This document shows positions 38,268 through 51,640 of a stretch of DNA of 64,000 nt, one piece after another. Each line of letters begins with the position of its first letter. The first letter of the stretch is position 1. The position numbers and the translations under genes were made by a program. Under the pieces are notes generated by a model. It was not told the origin of the DNA. It saw only the letters and a list, made by a program, of their open reading frames with translations, and ran no database searches. This DNA comes from Camelus dromedarius (Eukaryota), in contig NC_087436.1 of the NCBI RefSeq assembly GCF_036321535.1, positions 111,850,001 through 111,914,000 of the forward strand, in the 5' to 3' direction.

Positions 38268-41105
38268 AAAGTATTTTTAAAAATACGTCTTACATGGCTT
38301 GCAATAACATATTTCAGCGTAATGAAGGGAACTTGCAGTGACACGTTGTAGGACTTGTGGGTTTGGGGTTCTCATAATATGTGATGGTGCTTTTCGTAAC
38401 TGTGCCTTACCACAGAGAAAACACCCAAACTGCTGTCACTTTGCATTTCTATTCTTTTTCATTTGCAACCTATTTTTAATAAACTTTGTGTATATAAAAA
38501 GGTGTTCCACCATCATAGAGTAGTGATGACATATTACTCCTACTCCTTCTGGGCCATGATCTCCCCAAACTCAGTGGAGACAACAGCACGTTGACGTGTT
38601 CCCCTTCACCATTGCCATTGTAGGGCCACCTAAACAGGGGCCTGGGGCAGGCTGGAGAACGCACCGGCTGGCCTTGACTGGCCATTTTCCTTAAAGAATC
38701 ACACTTCTCAACATGCAGCCTGGCACAGACTTCTCCAAGGGAGCTGTGTCAGCAGCAGGTGGAGGCATATAGCACCCCCGTGTGTCCGGACTGATAAGAG
38801 CCCTGCCAAACGGATCCACTGTGACACCTTGCGGCTTTCTCCTTAACACACTGAACAAGTGCACGGGTGGATGATGTGCTGGCCGGCACCGTGCAGTATC
38901 TTTCTGGCCCGAGGGAACAGGTTGATGGGTAATAAAGCTACCTGCCTCTGCGGTCCTTATGGATGCAGCTGGGTGTTACGACGTACTGATCTGTCCCACC
39001 AGGTTCAGTGTAGAGCCTCCCTGATTTTTCATATTGAATTTTTGACTTACCCATACCTTCCTACACTTCATTTCATTGACAAGGTCACCTGTGATTTTTA
39101 TTTAGAGTTCCACATTAGTAATAATTTTTAATCAACCTTTCTAGAGAAATAGTTTGCATAGCCCAAACATTAAATTGTTTCCATACACACACACACACAC
39201 ACACACCACACACACATTTTTTTGAGAGGGTAGTGCTTGCTAAATTTTACTTTCCAGTATGAGTCATTTCTTAGGACTTCTGAGGATTTGATCTTGAAAT
39301 TGAAAATCTGTGTGGGCAAGCAAAAGTTGCACTAATAAACAAGGCTAACCATTTGGCCATACACACAAAAAAAGTCTTCTTATGCCTTAATGTTAGCCAT
39401 GACTACCCTGCAGTTGGCTGAAATTTCTTCCTTGAAGTTGAAATTAAGTAGTTGCTGCATCTCACCTGCCTTTGAAAGGTTCTGATACAGAACATTTGAT
39501 GGAGTCTGTGACTCCCCAGTTAGCTGAATCCCAGAATTTCAGGGCTGGAATAGCACAAGTGATCATCTGGCCTAAACTTCTTGATTTTGAAAGTGCAGAA
39601 ACCAGACACGAGTGGCACTCCCCTGGACTACATGCTGCAGATGCAGAAGGGGCCTCAGGTTTTCTAAATCACAACACTAGTTGCCTGGGTAACGACCCGG
39701 AAGTGGCCAAATCACTCTTCCCGATCACTCATTTCATCCTTAACCCTACAAAAACTTTTCCGTTTTACACCGTTTTCTCCTTCTCCAATTCTCCAGTTTG
39801 CCTTAAAATGGTATCGATCTTTAGCATCATGCTATTGATGTTGAAAAACACATCACTAAGCTTTATTGCTTTAGAATTTATGACTGTTTTCCTTGCCAAT
39901 CTATTTAAAATAAAGTTGCATATGTTTCAAAATATATGTCTCCTTTTTTTTATTTTAAAAACTTGGTGCAGTATCAATAATAAAATAGTTGTAAAATGCA
40001 ACAAAGTACAAAGAGGTAAATGCAAATGATTTTTAGTTCTACTGTGCAAAAAATTGCTGTTAACATTTTAGCATATCAATCTAATGCACACAGACATACG
40101 CATCTGCCTTTATGTGCGTAAGAACATTCTGTGAACCCTTTTGAATCCAGTTTTTTAACCTAAAGTGATGAGTATTTCACTGTATTCTTAGATGTCCTTA
40201 AAATATAATTTTGAGTTGTCTGGATTATTTACACTAGTGTTTAAGTTTTTCAAATTAGCGTGATGTAGGTATTTAAAAAATTATCTGGCTCCTTTGTATC
40301 ATGATTTGAACTCAAGGGAATGGCATTCTAAGTAATCAGTCTTTTCCCAAGTGAGGCAGAGAGCTGCTGATATAAAGGGTCAGCTATGGTGACTACTGTG
40401 ATTATTACCATGAGCATTTAATACTAGTCAGAAATCATGCACCCAGGACTCTCTGTCTCCTTTTAAGAAAGCTTTTTCCCTCCCACTTGAGGGCAGATCC
40501 TTTCTCCCCCTGTTTTTATTTCTCTTGTATTATTTCGGACTCAAGAGGCAGCCAGCCCACAACCTTGTGAAATGTCGGTAAATCAAAAGATTTTTGCACA
40601 ATTCCTACTGGAAAGAGGGAGATTGAATCAACGTTAAGAGTTAGTGTTGATCTAGAACCAGTAGGTCGGGACACAGCCAGTTAATTTATGAGGCCACTTG
40701 AAGGACATATCTTCAAGTCAAGGAGAAAAGTGGTATTTGGTAAAAAGCGGGCTATGTCATGAGCTGCATGCAATGTTATCTCATTTTCTTCACTGGATCG
40801 AAGAGATCCTTGAGGTCAGGTTCTATCTTATTCATGTTTTATCCATCATGACAATCGACATTCTCGGTGGCCAACAGCAGTCTTTTTTAAAAGCCACATT
40901 TCGCAGAGGCAGCCATTTTGTGACTAGATTCTAAGTTATCACTGTTTTCGTGTGGGTAATGTGCATCTTATAGATCAGATACACAGATCCACGCACACAC
41001 GCTGTAGGCAGAGCAGTCACGGTATTCAATAAGACTGTTTCCTACCGCAGTGTGAGCATGAAATGATTAATTTCTGCAGACTTGTTCCTCTACTATTTGT
41101 GTGAC

Positions 41106-41821
41106 TTTTTTTTTTTTTTTGATTGAAGTATAGTCAGTTACAATGTGTCAATCTCTGGTGTACAGCATAATGTCCCAGTCATACATATACATACATATAT
41201 TCATGTTTATTTTCTTTTTCATTAAAAGTTATTGTAAGATTTGAATATAGTTCCCTGTGCTATACAGAAAAAATTTGGTTTTTATCTGTTTTCATATATA
41301 GTAGTTAATATCTGCAAATCTCAAATTCCCAGTTCATCCCTTCCCACCCCCTTTCCCCTCGGTAACCATAAGATTGTTTACTACGTCTGCGAGTCTATTT
41401 CTGTTTTGTAGATGAGTTCATTAGTGCCTTCTTTTTTCTTTTTTTTAGATTCCACATATGAGTGATATCATACAGTATTTTTCTTTCTGTTTCTGGCTTA
41501 CTTCACTTAGAATGATGATTTCCAGGTCCATTCATGTTGCTGCAAATGACATTATTTTATTCTTTTTTATGGTTGAGTAGTATTCCATTATATAAATATA
41601 CCACAACTTTAATCCAGTCATCTGTTGATGGACATTTAAGGTGTTTCCATGTCTTGGCTATTGTAAACAGTGCTGCTATGAACACTGGGGTGCATGTATC
41701 TTTTTGAATTAAAGTTTCCTCCAGATATATGCCCAGGACTGGGCTTGCTGGATCATATGGTAAGTCTATTTTTAGTTTTTGAGGAATCTCCGTACTGTTT
41801 TCCATAATGGTTGCACCAAAC
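41106..41821 (-). mobile_element. 5'-truncated young L1 (ORF2 C-terminus plus 3'UTR) inserted in a MIR
   Basis: ORF 41557-41805 (LKIDLPYDPASPVLGIY...TCTPVFIAALFTIAKTWK) is the L1 ORF2 C-terminus. Poly-T at 41106; tgtgac on both flanks. Confidence 0.93.
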
Positions 41822-44800
41822 TATGTGACCTTCAGTGAGTTAATTTATCCCTCTGTGCTCATGGGGAATGTGGGGATGGTGATAGAATCTATGTCTTTGG
41901 ATTTTTATGAGCATCAGTGAGATAATTCCTGTACAGTGATGAGCATGGGGCCTCCACCCTCTAAGTGGGAATGGCCGTGATCATGCTTCATTGTATTACT
42001 GGCCTGGAGATGCAGAGGGCAACATGCCTGACTTGAAAGGGCTCAGGGAGAGTAAGGATTTGCAGGGAAGGAGGACCTTGAGGGATGAACAGGAATTTGC
42101 CAATTTGAGAATGGGGCTGGAAAGGATGTTTTTGGCAGAAGGAAAGGCACAGGCAAAGAAACTGAATCTTGAAAAGTGATGCTCTGTTTAAGGAAGGGTG
42201 AGGATCTTGGCATGGCTGGGGCTTAGGAACCAAGGTGTACATCAGAGCAGGTATATACATGTGTGGGGTAGATTGGTGAGGGTGGTTGGAGGTAAATCAG
42301 GAGAGGACATGGGGGTTGATTGCGAAGGCTTTATGTCCAGTGAGGCTGTGGTCTCTATCCTTGAGAGGCTATCTATTGGCCGTTAGCATGGTATGAACAG
42401 GGCCCTGACATGATTATTTAATTTCTCAGTGCCTTGGTTTCCTCATCTGGAAAGAGACACAAGAGAAGCCCTCAGCTCATAGGTTTTGCTTTAGGGAATT
42501 TGGTGAGATAAGGCCTATAAGCCTGTAGACCAGCTGGTCCTTGCATGCAGTAGTAAGGATTCCATCAACACTGGCTTCTTCTATCAGGCAAAGAGAACTG
42601 ATAAAGTTTTGTGTGTTTTTTTGCCTGACAAGTGAAACCACTTGAGGTGCCTTTGAGCAAGATCCCTCTGGTTACTTTACGGAGGGTGGACTGGCGGTCT
42701 TTCTCAGAGCATATTTGTCTGCTGAGAGGAAGAAATCAGTGGATGGGGTGATGCACAAAGGAAAAATTACACACACTTACTGGCTGACTGTGCTATTTTT
42801 AGCCTAGTATGTCTGAAGCAAAGGAAGGATTTTCATGGCATTTTGTTTAAGATGCAAAATTACCGTAAGCCAAGGTTATGTCACTTGTCTAGGGACACTT
42901 TATTTGTCCACCAGTGAGGCCACGGTGTGGGCTGCAGAACTGTTAGCAGCCCTTTTAGAGGGTGGGTCTGCAGGATCACCCACCCAGGCTTTCCCTCCTG
43001 CCTGCACAGCATTGGGAACCCGGAAGTGATGTGCTGTGGCTTCTGGGAAGATGCCCTCCTTTGGCAGCCAGCCTGGCACCAAGACCCTGGAGCGAGGTGG
43101 CAGTGCGTCAGGTGAAGAGGCTGGGTGTGGAAAGGGAGGAGAGAAGACAGTGAGGCTTGAAATCCTACCCCACCCAGGACAGGTTGCATGAGGCTCTGAA
43201 CCGCAGCTTCTCTGGTGGCAGGATGGGCAGGACAGGAGATCACAGGAACACCTTGGCCACTCAGTGAGACCCGGAGGGACGTTGCTCAGCCCGGGGGGTG
43301 TCGGGGCGTGGCTCTGCCCCTCCCTACCTGGTGCTTCAGGTCATGTTGAAGGCCAAAGATCCTTGTTCATTTCAAGAGAGTTTCCTGAACTCTTCTCATA
43401 GCTTCTCTCCTTCCTAACCTGGAGCCTGCAGCCTTAGATAAAGCTTTCCCTTTCCTTAGCCTGTTTCCTCTTCTGACAGCTCTGGACCCGACAAGACAGG
43501 TCCCCGGGTCTGATTCCCGTTAGGTGGACGGCGTGCTTCTGTTTTGAATCTCCCACATTAAAAATCAAATCAAGGTAAATAACGTGTTCTTGACGCTCTC
43601 CGCTGAGCCTCCCGCCCTTTTCCCCCCACCTCCCTTGCTGAGTCAGAGCAAGATTTTTCTTGCTTTTCTGCACACAGGCTGGAGCTGCAGCGCCCCTCCG
43701 CCTCCTCACACTCGGGCACCATTGTCTTAAAACCTGCACATGAAAGAGAAGGCCTGGGGTTTGTTTTTTCCGGTCTTTATAAAAGAACCTCAAAATGCAA
43801 ATGCAGGATGTACTAAAATTACAGAGTTCAGTAAGCGCCCTGTACCGTGAGTTAGTTTTTTTTTTTTTTAGAAAGGTTAAAAATCATCTGAACCAAGACT
43901 CGAAAATAAGCTTAAGGTGTTAGGTTATTCCAAAAAGACTGTTAATGCCTGTTGGCTGAGTGCATTAAACTGCTTTGAAATGATTACTTGTGTGTACTAT
44001 TTTAAAAACTGCTTGCTAGGATGGTGATTTAAACCTATTTTTTTCCCAGGCTCAAAACTTCTCATTTGTTGAAAAAAAAATACTGTATTTGAAACAAATA
44101 AACATTAAAATATAGTTCTTATGTTTCCAGCTGTTTGTCTGAAAGGAAAAGATGTCAAGACATTTATAGTTAGAAACTGAAAACTCTGCCTTCATTCACT
44201 CCATTGTATTTCCAAGGAGCCCAACCATATATAATATTACCGGGTCTCTGGAGGCCTCCTTGAAGAGATACCAGATACTCTTGGTATAAGGTGAGATTGG
44301 GGGAGGTGGGGAGAGAATGGACGCGGAATGGTTTCCAGTCCTAATTCTGTATTTCCTGTGATTTTTTTCTAAATGGAGGCAGAGGAAAAAGAGAGAAGAA
44401 AGAACTCTGCTGTTACTTTATTATGGCTTTGATTTTAAAACCATTTAAAAAGTAACATTCATGGTGGCACCCTGCGGTGTCTGGGATGGGATTGCCTTCA
44501 TTCATCCCTCAATAACCTGTTGCGTTTTTTTTATTATGTGCCCAGTGATGGAGAACTACCAGAGAGCCCTGCCCTCAGGATGCTCAGAGCCTAGCGGGGA
44601 AGATGGATAGCTAACATCTATTCATTATGGGCAAGACTGAGCTGTTGAGAGCAGTGAGGATGGAGGTTATCCCAGCAGGGACTAGGGTATTGGGACACAC
44701 GCACACATGCACCTGCTCACGCTCTAAGTTGTTTCCATCATGTGGTAAAATGTGACCCAAATATTCATATTTTTAATCTAGGGCACTGCTAACTTTTTGA

Positions 44801-45078
44801 TGACACTGCATATCCAGTGATCTTTAGAGGAATTAAGCTGCTTAAACATCCCAAAACAGAGAGATAAAGCCATGCAGCATTAATGCCTTCATGATGGCTA
44901 CAACCAGGTCCCCAAATTTATTGTAATCTAAACCTTGGGTGAGGAAGGAAGAAAAGGGGAACTCCTCTAAGCCTACTTAAAAAGCCGAGATAGGGCAAAA
45001 ATAATCCTTTTTTTCTCCCCAAGACCATGAGAAATTATCTGTGTATAGGGTAGAAAATTTCATCCTTACCAAAGAGGA

Positions 45079-45205
45079 TTTTTTTTTTTTGTTTTTTCTT
45101 GCAGGGGGTGGGGGATTCAGTTTTTTTATTTATTTATTTTAATGAAGATACCAGGGATTGAACCCAGGACCTCGTGCACAATACCACTGAGTTATACCCT
45201 CCCCC
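45079..45205 (-). mobile_element. Vic-1-type SINE, internally deleted
   Basis: 'gggattgaacccaggacctcgtgca...ccactgagttataccctcccc'. Confidence 0.85.
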
Positions 45206-45259
45206 TCTTTTTTGGGGGGGGTGGGGGTGGGGATGGGATGGGAGTGATTACTTAATTAC

Positions 45260-45311
<52 letters not shown>

Positions 45312-45428
45312 TTCATTCATTCATTCATTCATTCATTCATTCATTCATTCAATGGAAGTACTGGGCATTGAACCCAGGACCTCACTGCATGCTAGGCATG
45401 TGCTCCACCACTGAACTATACCCTCCCC
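45206..45428 (-). mobile_element. Vic-1-type SINE with expanded (ATTT)n(ATTC)n
   Basis: 'gtactgggcattgaacccaggacctc...ctccaccactgaactataccctcccc'. Confidence 0.88.
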
Positions 45429-45719
45429 TTCCAAAGAGTTAATCATAGTAATTTTTATGAAACTTCCAAGTTTTCACTTGATGAATCTTTAAAAAAAAAA
45501 AAAAACCCTCCTCCAACTATGGTATATAGCTAGAAAGTATTGAGAGGAGTTTAGGAAGAAAACAGATCTTGCAAAGCCTTGAGTAGTTAGGGACCCATAA
45601 AACTGAGGGCAGGGGACTGGATGAAAAAAAGAAAGTAGTATCTCAAAAATTCAAGATAAGGAAAAATGAGAATCACACTGTCCACTTAGTGGGTGTTAGC
45701 CGCATGTCAGTCTCACAGT

Positions 45720-45995
45720 TGAATGCTTTATTTTACTGTCTCCATAAGGCTGCAGAGCAGTACAGGAAGTAGGATTATTATGTCCATTTTTCAGATGAGG
45801 AAACTGAGGCTGAGAGACGCTTAGTCATTAGCCCTGAGTTTCACAGCAGTGAAGAGTCCCATGATGGCTTCATCCTGGGTGCACCCAAGTCCAGAGCTGA
45901 TTTTCACCCCTCAATTCTACACATTCTCCAGACAGTGCCCCACTTTACAGATTGAGAAACTGAGGCCCAGGAAAGTTCAAGCAGCCCTTGGATCA
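45720..45995 (-). mobile_element. Two MIR fragments
   Basis: 'ttttcagatgaggaaactgaggctgagag' and 'tttacagattgagaaactgaggccc'. Confidence 0.75.
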
Positions 45996-46699
45996 TAACA
46001 TGAGGCACAACTGAAGCCCTGTCATTGGTGATGACTTTGGTTCCTAGGTGGGACCCAGTATGTGTACACAGAGCATCCACTGTGAGTTCACGTCACCATG
46101 GCCTTCTGGGGTCAGGGACCATGGCTGGCTCATCTTTGTATCCAGCAACACAATTCCCCGGGCTCACTGCAAAAGAGATGCTCCAGACCTTTCTTGGCTG
46201 AATAGAGTATGAGAAAAGAAGCAGGCCCCGGGGTTTAAATACACAGACAAGCACAGTGTCTGTCTGTCTTTCTAGGCACAGCGGCCTATAGGACATGCTT
46301 CTGTGAATTAGTAAAAGGTGTGCCCTCTGGGTGGGCCTACAGCCTTTTTGTGCAAAGAGAAAGCTTTCTGGTCTTCCTGGCGGACCCTAGCCCCAAAGGG
46401 CTTGGCAAAGTGTTTTGGGTTTCAGCTCTCTCCTCCTATTTCCTCGGCCAACAGCCTTTTTGCAGAGCAGAAACCGCCCAACTGTACAAATAGGACGATT
46501 TTTGTTTAATTTAGTCACCCAGGGTTTAACATAGGACCTAGAATCTGATTGATACTCACGATATATCAACTGAACACATGAAGAATTTAAAGGCAGGGCT
46601 AAATTGTCCTTAGAATACAATGAATACAGTAGAATGTTTCTGCCATGTGGTATGGAGAAGGTTGGAATTGGATTGGTCCCATTAGGGATTATTATTAGG

Positions 46700-47790
46700 A
46701 TTTGCTGAAACAGAAAAAGGGCATCCCAGTAGGAGGGAACAAAGGGTCGAGAGGCTGATCTGGGGCAGGAATAAGATGGGGTTGGCTGACCTCTGCTCGG
46801 GGAAGTCTCTACAGGTCTGAAGACAGCTGCATATTTCCTGAAGGAGGCGGTATTCTACCTGCACTGCTTTCCATGCTTGGGTCCCCTGTCCACAGAATAT
46901 AATCATTTTAATGGTATTTTGAAAACATCACTCAGGCTGCTGAATGGAGAATGATTTGGAAGGCTTTAATAGCAGCAGCAAAAAGAGAAGTTAGAGAAGG
47001 ATATTACAGTTTTCCAGGTAAAAAGTCATAATGAATTGGATCAATGTCCATACTGGGAGGGGGCACAGATGAGTGTGCATGGAGCAGTACTTGGTGATGG
47101 ATTGGCGATGGAGGGCCTTGGGTAAGAGAGGTCTCCAGCCTAACTCTAGGGTTACCGGAATAACAGTAGGGACGCTCTACCCAGATTTCCCCTCTACCCA
47201 TTCCTGCCAACAGCATGTACTTGTGTCCTCAAGCCCAAAATCAGTGTTCAGTTTAATGATGTTCACTCTACCTGCTTCCCAGAATCCACTTGAAACAGCT
47301 GTAACAGCATCCTTCCGGTCCATCAGTTCCATTAAATTCCTTCATAGCCCTCTCTGCCTCCGCCAAGCTGTGCGTTCTGAGCTGTGCATTTCCCAAGCCC
47401 CTTCCCTCTGCCTACTTTTTATTAGCTTCTACTTTCACAGCATCTTCAGCACTCACCAGTTTGTTCAACATTCTTTTTATTTTTTTAAAGCAAAGATTGA
47501 TTAAGAGTTTATTCTCTTTCCCCATTTTTGAGTCTCATTATTTCCCTGTTTCTTCTTGGTTATTAGTGGTCGGTTTTCTCTCAAGTGCCTCTTGTCTTTG
47601 AAAAGCTCTTGTGATTCTCTTAAGCCCATTTGCCATTTTGCTGGCCTGTCTTCCTCCTCCTGGTAAGCCTGAAGCATGGCATTACAGCTTGCTTTCATCC
47701 CCTCTTCCCTTCTCCAGCACAACTCTATACCCTTCACCACTCTAATTTTGCTGAGCAGTGTCCGACTCAACATAGAAGCTCAATAAATGT
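46700..47790. mobile_element. Two oppositely oriented, highly diverged L2 fragments
   Basis: Purine-rich L2 antisense segment to ~47150, then a pyrimidine-rich segment ending 'catagaagctcaataaatgttgg'. Confidence 0.5.
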
Positions 47791-50461
47791 TGGCTAAATT
47801 TGTTCCCTTTGTTGAATGTGCAGACTTTGGTGGAACCACTTAAAGTGCTTCGCCTACATGCTCTCTTTTATATTTATATACATATGGGTACGGCTACCTG
47901 AATCCAGGCTCTCCCTGGGGACACTCACAGAATAATTTATTTTGCAGTGACTCTGTGACAGGGAGGTAGATTTTCACCCATGCCGGTGGGAATACCTCAA
48001 AAGTATTGGGTGCTCATCATACATGAACGTCAGTTCATTCAATTCCTATGGGTGCATTTACTTTTTGAATTAGTTGCTGGGTGACTTTGGATGTTTTTGC
48101 ATTGTGATTACAGGTCTCAGTTTCTATATTTGTCAAGTGGCAATACTCAGGGAATAAAAAAAAAATGTAGGGACATTTAGAGAGCATGCATTTATTCCAC
48201 GTATGGAAACCATGAGAGATTCCAAAGATGCAAAGATGACTAAGACTGGGAATAAAAAGGAAAATAAGATGGTTTGTCGCAATGAGCCCCTTGAAGATCC
48301 AGTTGAAAGTCAAAGGGTTGTTTGCCCTGGATTGGAAACGGTCCCTAAAGTGAGGTCATTTCTTTCTTTAAACCACATCTGGCCTGTCTCTCCTCAGGTT
48401 AATGTTAAAGGTAAAATGAGATAATATGGGGAAATGTTTTGAATAAATAAAATGACTTTACAAATTTCACACTGGGAAATTATCACTGAATCAGTGGTGA
48501 GAAGACTTATACAATGGATGGGGTGTTTGGTTAGTGAAAGGAGATTTTTGAGGATCGATGGAAATATTTATTTCTGGAAATAGCTTGTTGTTTAATGATT
48601 ACTCTTAGTTGGCATCAGTTTAACGCCTTTTCCCTTGAGACGTGTGATGGAATGATCTATGCAAATTGAACACTTAAAAAACCCCTCTGCAAACCTGTAT
48701 GTTATATTTATAAACTTTACATTGTACTAAAGTCAGCAAATGTCACAGAATTAAAATCAGTAAATGCGAAAGTGAAGGTTTCCATAGCAACAGTAACTAA
48801 CCCATATTGCATGTAAAACGGAATGTACATCAGGATTTACATTTAATCGTCTATTAGTAGGGAAAAATCCTATATAGAGCAGGTGCAATACAGATCCGTT
48901 CAGTGACCCTCACAGCTCTTTCTCTTTTAAACTTCAGCTTTAGGTGCTGTAACTCTTTTGTATATACCAAGTTTTGACTCCTTTAAGGAAAATGAGGTAG
49001 GAAAAATCAGAGGTGATGTTAGGCCAGAGGTATGCACCCCTAGATTTAAATGTTACAGAACATCATCCTTGCATAAATTATCAATCAACTTGATAGGTGT
49101 TTCAGAGAAAGAAATAGATTCAGAATACTAAATGTTTACGAACTTGTTGCATGAAGGATACTTAAGAATTTCTGTCTCCATAGTCAGTTTATCCAAACCT
49201 GCAGTGCCTCTAAAACAAGGTGATTTTGTGGTTTTGAATTGGTTGTGGAAAGGCCCATTAGGAGGGTGGTGGGACTGGAGGTAAAGATGTGGGTCAGAGC
49301 CCCAGCCCACTACTTCTATGCACCTGGCCTCCCTCCTTGAACTTCATTGTCCTCCTATGATGCATCCCTTACCTGCTACTAAGGGTTTTTGATGTCTCAA
49401 ATTGGAGTGGGAGGAGGAGGATGTGGGGTTCTTCATGGATGCTAAAGCTCTTTATATGGATTGCTATAGATGAGTTGCTTTCATAAGGAAGCACCCCCCC
49501 CTCCCCAAATTAGACTCCACTTCGGCTGTCTTCCCTGGAGACGGCCTGTCTTTGGCTGTGGGCTTACATAACAGGATGTCTCCTTGCTCTGAGCCCTTCC
49601 CAGCCCTTCTGGTGGAGAGCTCTGAGTCATCACCGAGAAACAGGGAGGCCTCCTCCGTATCGGTATAGATCAGGAGATGGCTCTAGATAGAGACTCTTTT
49701 ATTGAACAAAATTTTCTTTTATAAAATTGGAAGAGATGTTGGTACTGACTAAATGTATGATTCATTCTAAAATGCAGTTGATTTTGAAAAATAACTTTTG
49801 GTGAAATTAATCATAAGTTTTTCCCCCATAAACTTGAACGATCTTTAGTATTCCTTGGCTTTGATCTCCGACTCTTTGATACGGAGGGTCTGGAGGAGGG
49901 CATAGGGTCTGCTTTTTATCAAGTAACCATGGTAATCTCTCAGAATTTCTTTTGAAATCAGTTAATTTTGTATAGCTGAAGGTGGTAGAATGAGATATTT
50001 TGGCTACAACAGAGATCAGAATTTTGCCACCAGCCCAGAAACCCTGTCCTAGTCACAACTCCCTTCCATGGATAGTTATTAATGGACTTTTTGGTTAATA
50101 ACTTTCTGGCATTTTCCCTACCAGTTTCAGCTGCTATTTTCAAACTGGCCTGCCTCACTTTCCAGCAAAAACCTATTGGTTATTTTTGGTTCACGTATTT
50201 TTGGGGCCGTCAGATAGCCCATAGCTTCCTTCCGTTGCTTCCTGGATGGACCCTATTAACGTATATCTTGTGGCTCTCGATGGCCTATCCTGCCTGCCTG
50301 TGTCTTGAAGTTCATGTCACTTTTTCTTATCACATAGGATTTTTATTATATACTTATTGAAAAAGTTCTTTCAGACTTTGCCTTTTTAAATCCAATCTCA
50401 CTCTTGTGCATATATCAACAGGAGTACAAATTAAATAAAAATAAAAATAAAAACCATCGTA

Positions 50462-50630
50462 GGGGAGGGTATACCTCAAGTGGCAGAGCACATGCTTAGC
50501 ATGCACAAGGTCCTGGGTTCAATCCCCAGTACCTCCTCTAAAAATAAATAAATAAACCTAGTCACCCCCACCTAAAAAAACCACTAAATAAAAATAAATG
50601 GAGACATAAAGATTATTAAAAAAAAAAAAA
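50462..50630 (+). mobile_element. Vic-1-type SINE (long form)
   Basis: 'ggggagggtatacctcaagtggcagagcacatgcttagcatgcacaaggtcctgggttcaatccccagtacc'. TSD aaaccatcg at 50451 and 50631. Confidence 0.92.
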
Positions 50631-51244
50631 AAACCATCGGTGCTGAGCTCTGAACAGACTTTGCATTACATAGAGCTTGCCGAAGTTTAAATTCGGGTTT
50701 CAGGAATGTAGCTAATCTCGTTGGATGCACAGTCTCCTTGACTCTTACCTTGAACCATCCGATTCCGAGAGGTGAGAGAGTGATCCATTTGTTTTTCATT
50801 TTCTTCCAAGTCATTCACACCTAATCTGCAAATTATGATGCTTCTGTTTTTAACATTGGCGCATGTGCAGTGACAGTGATGGCCTGACAAAGACAGTGAA
50901 TTAAAGTCCTCTTGTAAAGCATGCATTGAGACTTCCCAGCCACTGATACTGGAAAAGATGTGCACCTTAGAATTATGTAATCATGTATAGATATAAATAT
51001 TTGGGATTTCACTGCACTTATTATTTTGTAACCTGCTTTCTAACTTTAAAAATACGTTCTAAATATTTTTTCATTAAATACGATATAAAACAGGACTTTG
51101 CTGTTTTCCAATCCATGCTTATATATATATATATCAATAATGAAAGTTTTTGGTCTTGCTACCTAACTTTGTTGTAAATGTTTTCCATGGGTTTTTGGTA
51201 TTGTGCAACTCTGTCTGGCTTATGTGGGGAGTTGGAGGTATTTA

Positions 51245-51640
51245 AAAATGTTGCTGTCATTGTTTGTAACAGTCAGAAAAAATAACTCAAACAGAAATAA
51301 CTCAAATGTCCATTAACTGGTGAATGGATAAACAAAATGTGGCATACCTATGCAATGCAATACTTCGAAGCCATAAAAAAAAAGATAATACATGCTACAG
51401 CAAGGATGAACTTCAAAAATATGCTAAATGAAGGAAATCTGCTACAAAGGCTATGTATTATATGACTATGTGGGTGGGATGAGGTAGGAACAGGGGTCCC
51501 TACCCTCCAATAGTCAGAAGGGAAATGAGCTGAAAAGGGTTGTGGCGATGACTGTACAACTTGGTAAATGTACTAAAAATGAAAACGTGTGCTTTTTATG
51601 GCTTGTAGATTATAACTGAATCAAATCATTTAAAAAAACT
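51245..51640 (+). mobile_element. L1MB/MC-type fragment
   Basis: 'caaatgtccattaactggtgaatggataaacaaaatgtgg'. Confidence 0.8.

Noticed and set aside
39472..40029. 185-aa ORF
   Set aside because: Non-ATG start (TTG), no recognisable domain, partly repeat-like; probably chance.
46700..47790. Inverted L2 pair as a miRNA-type hairpin
   Set aside because: The fragments appear head-to-head and too diverged to show a pairing stem.
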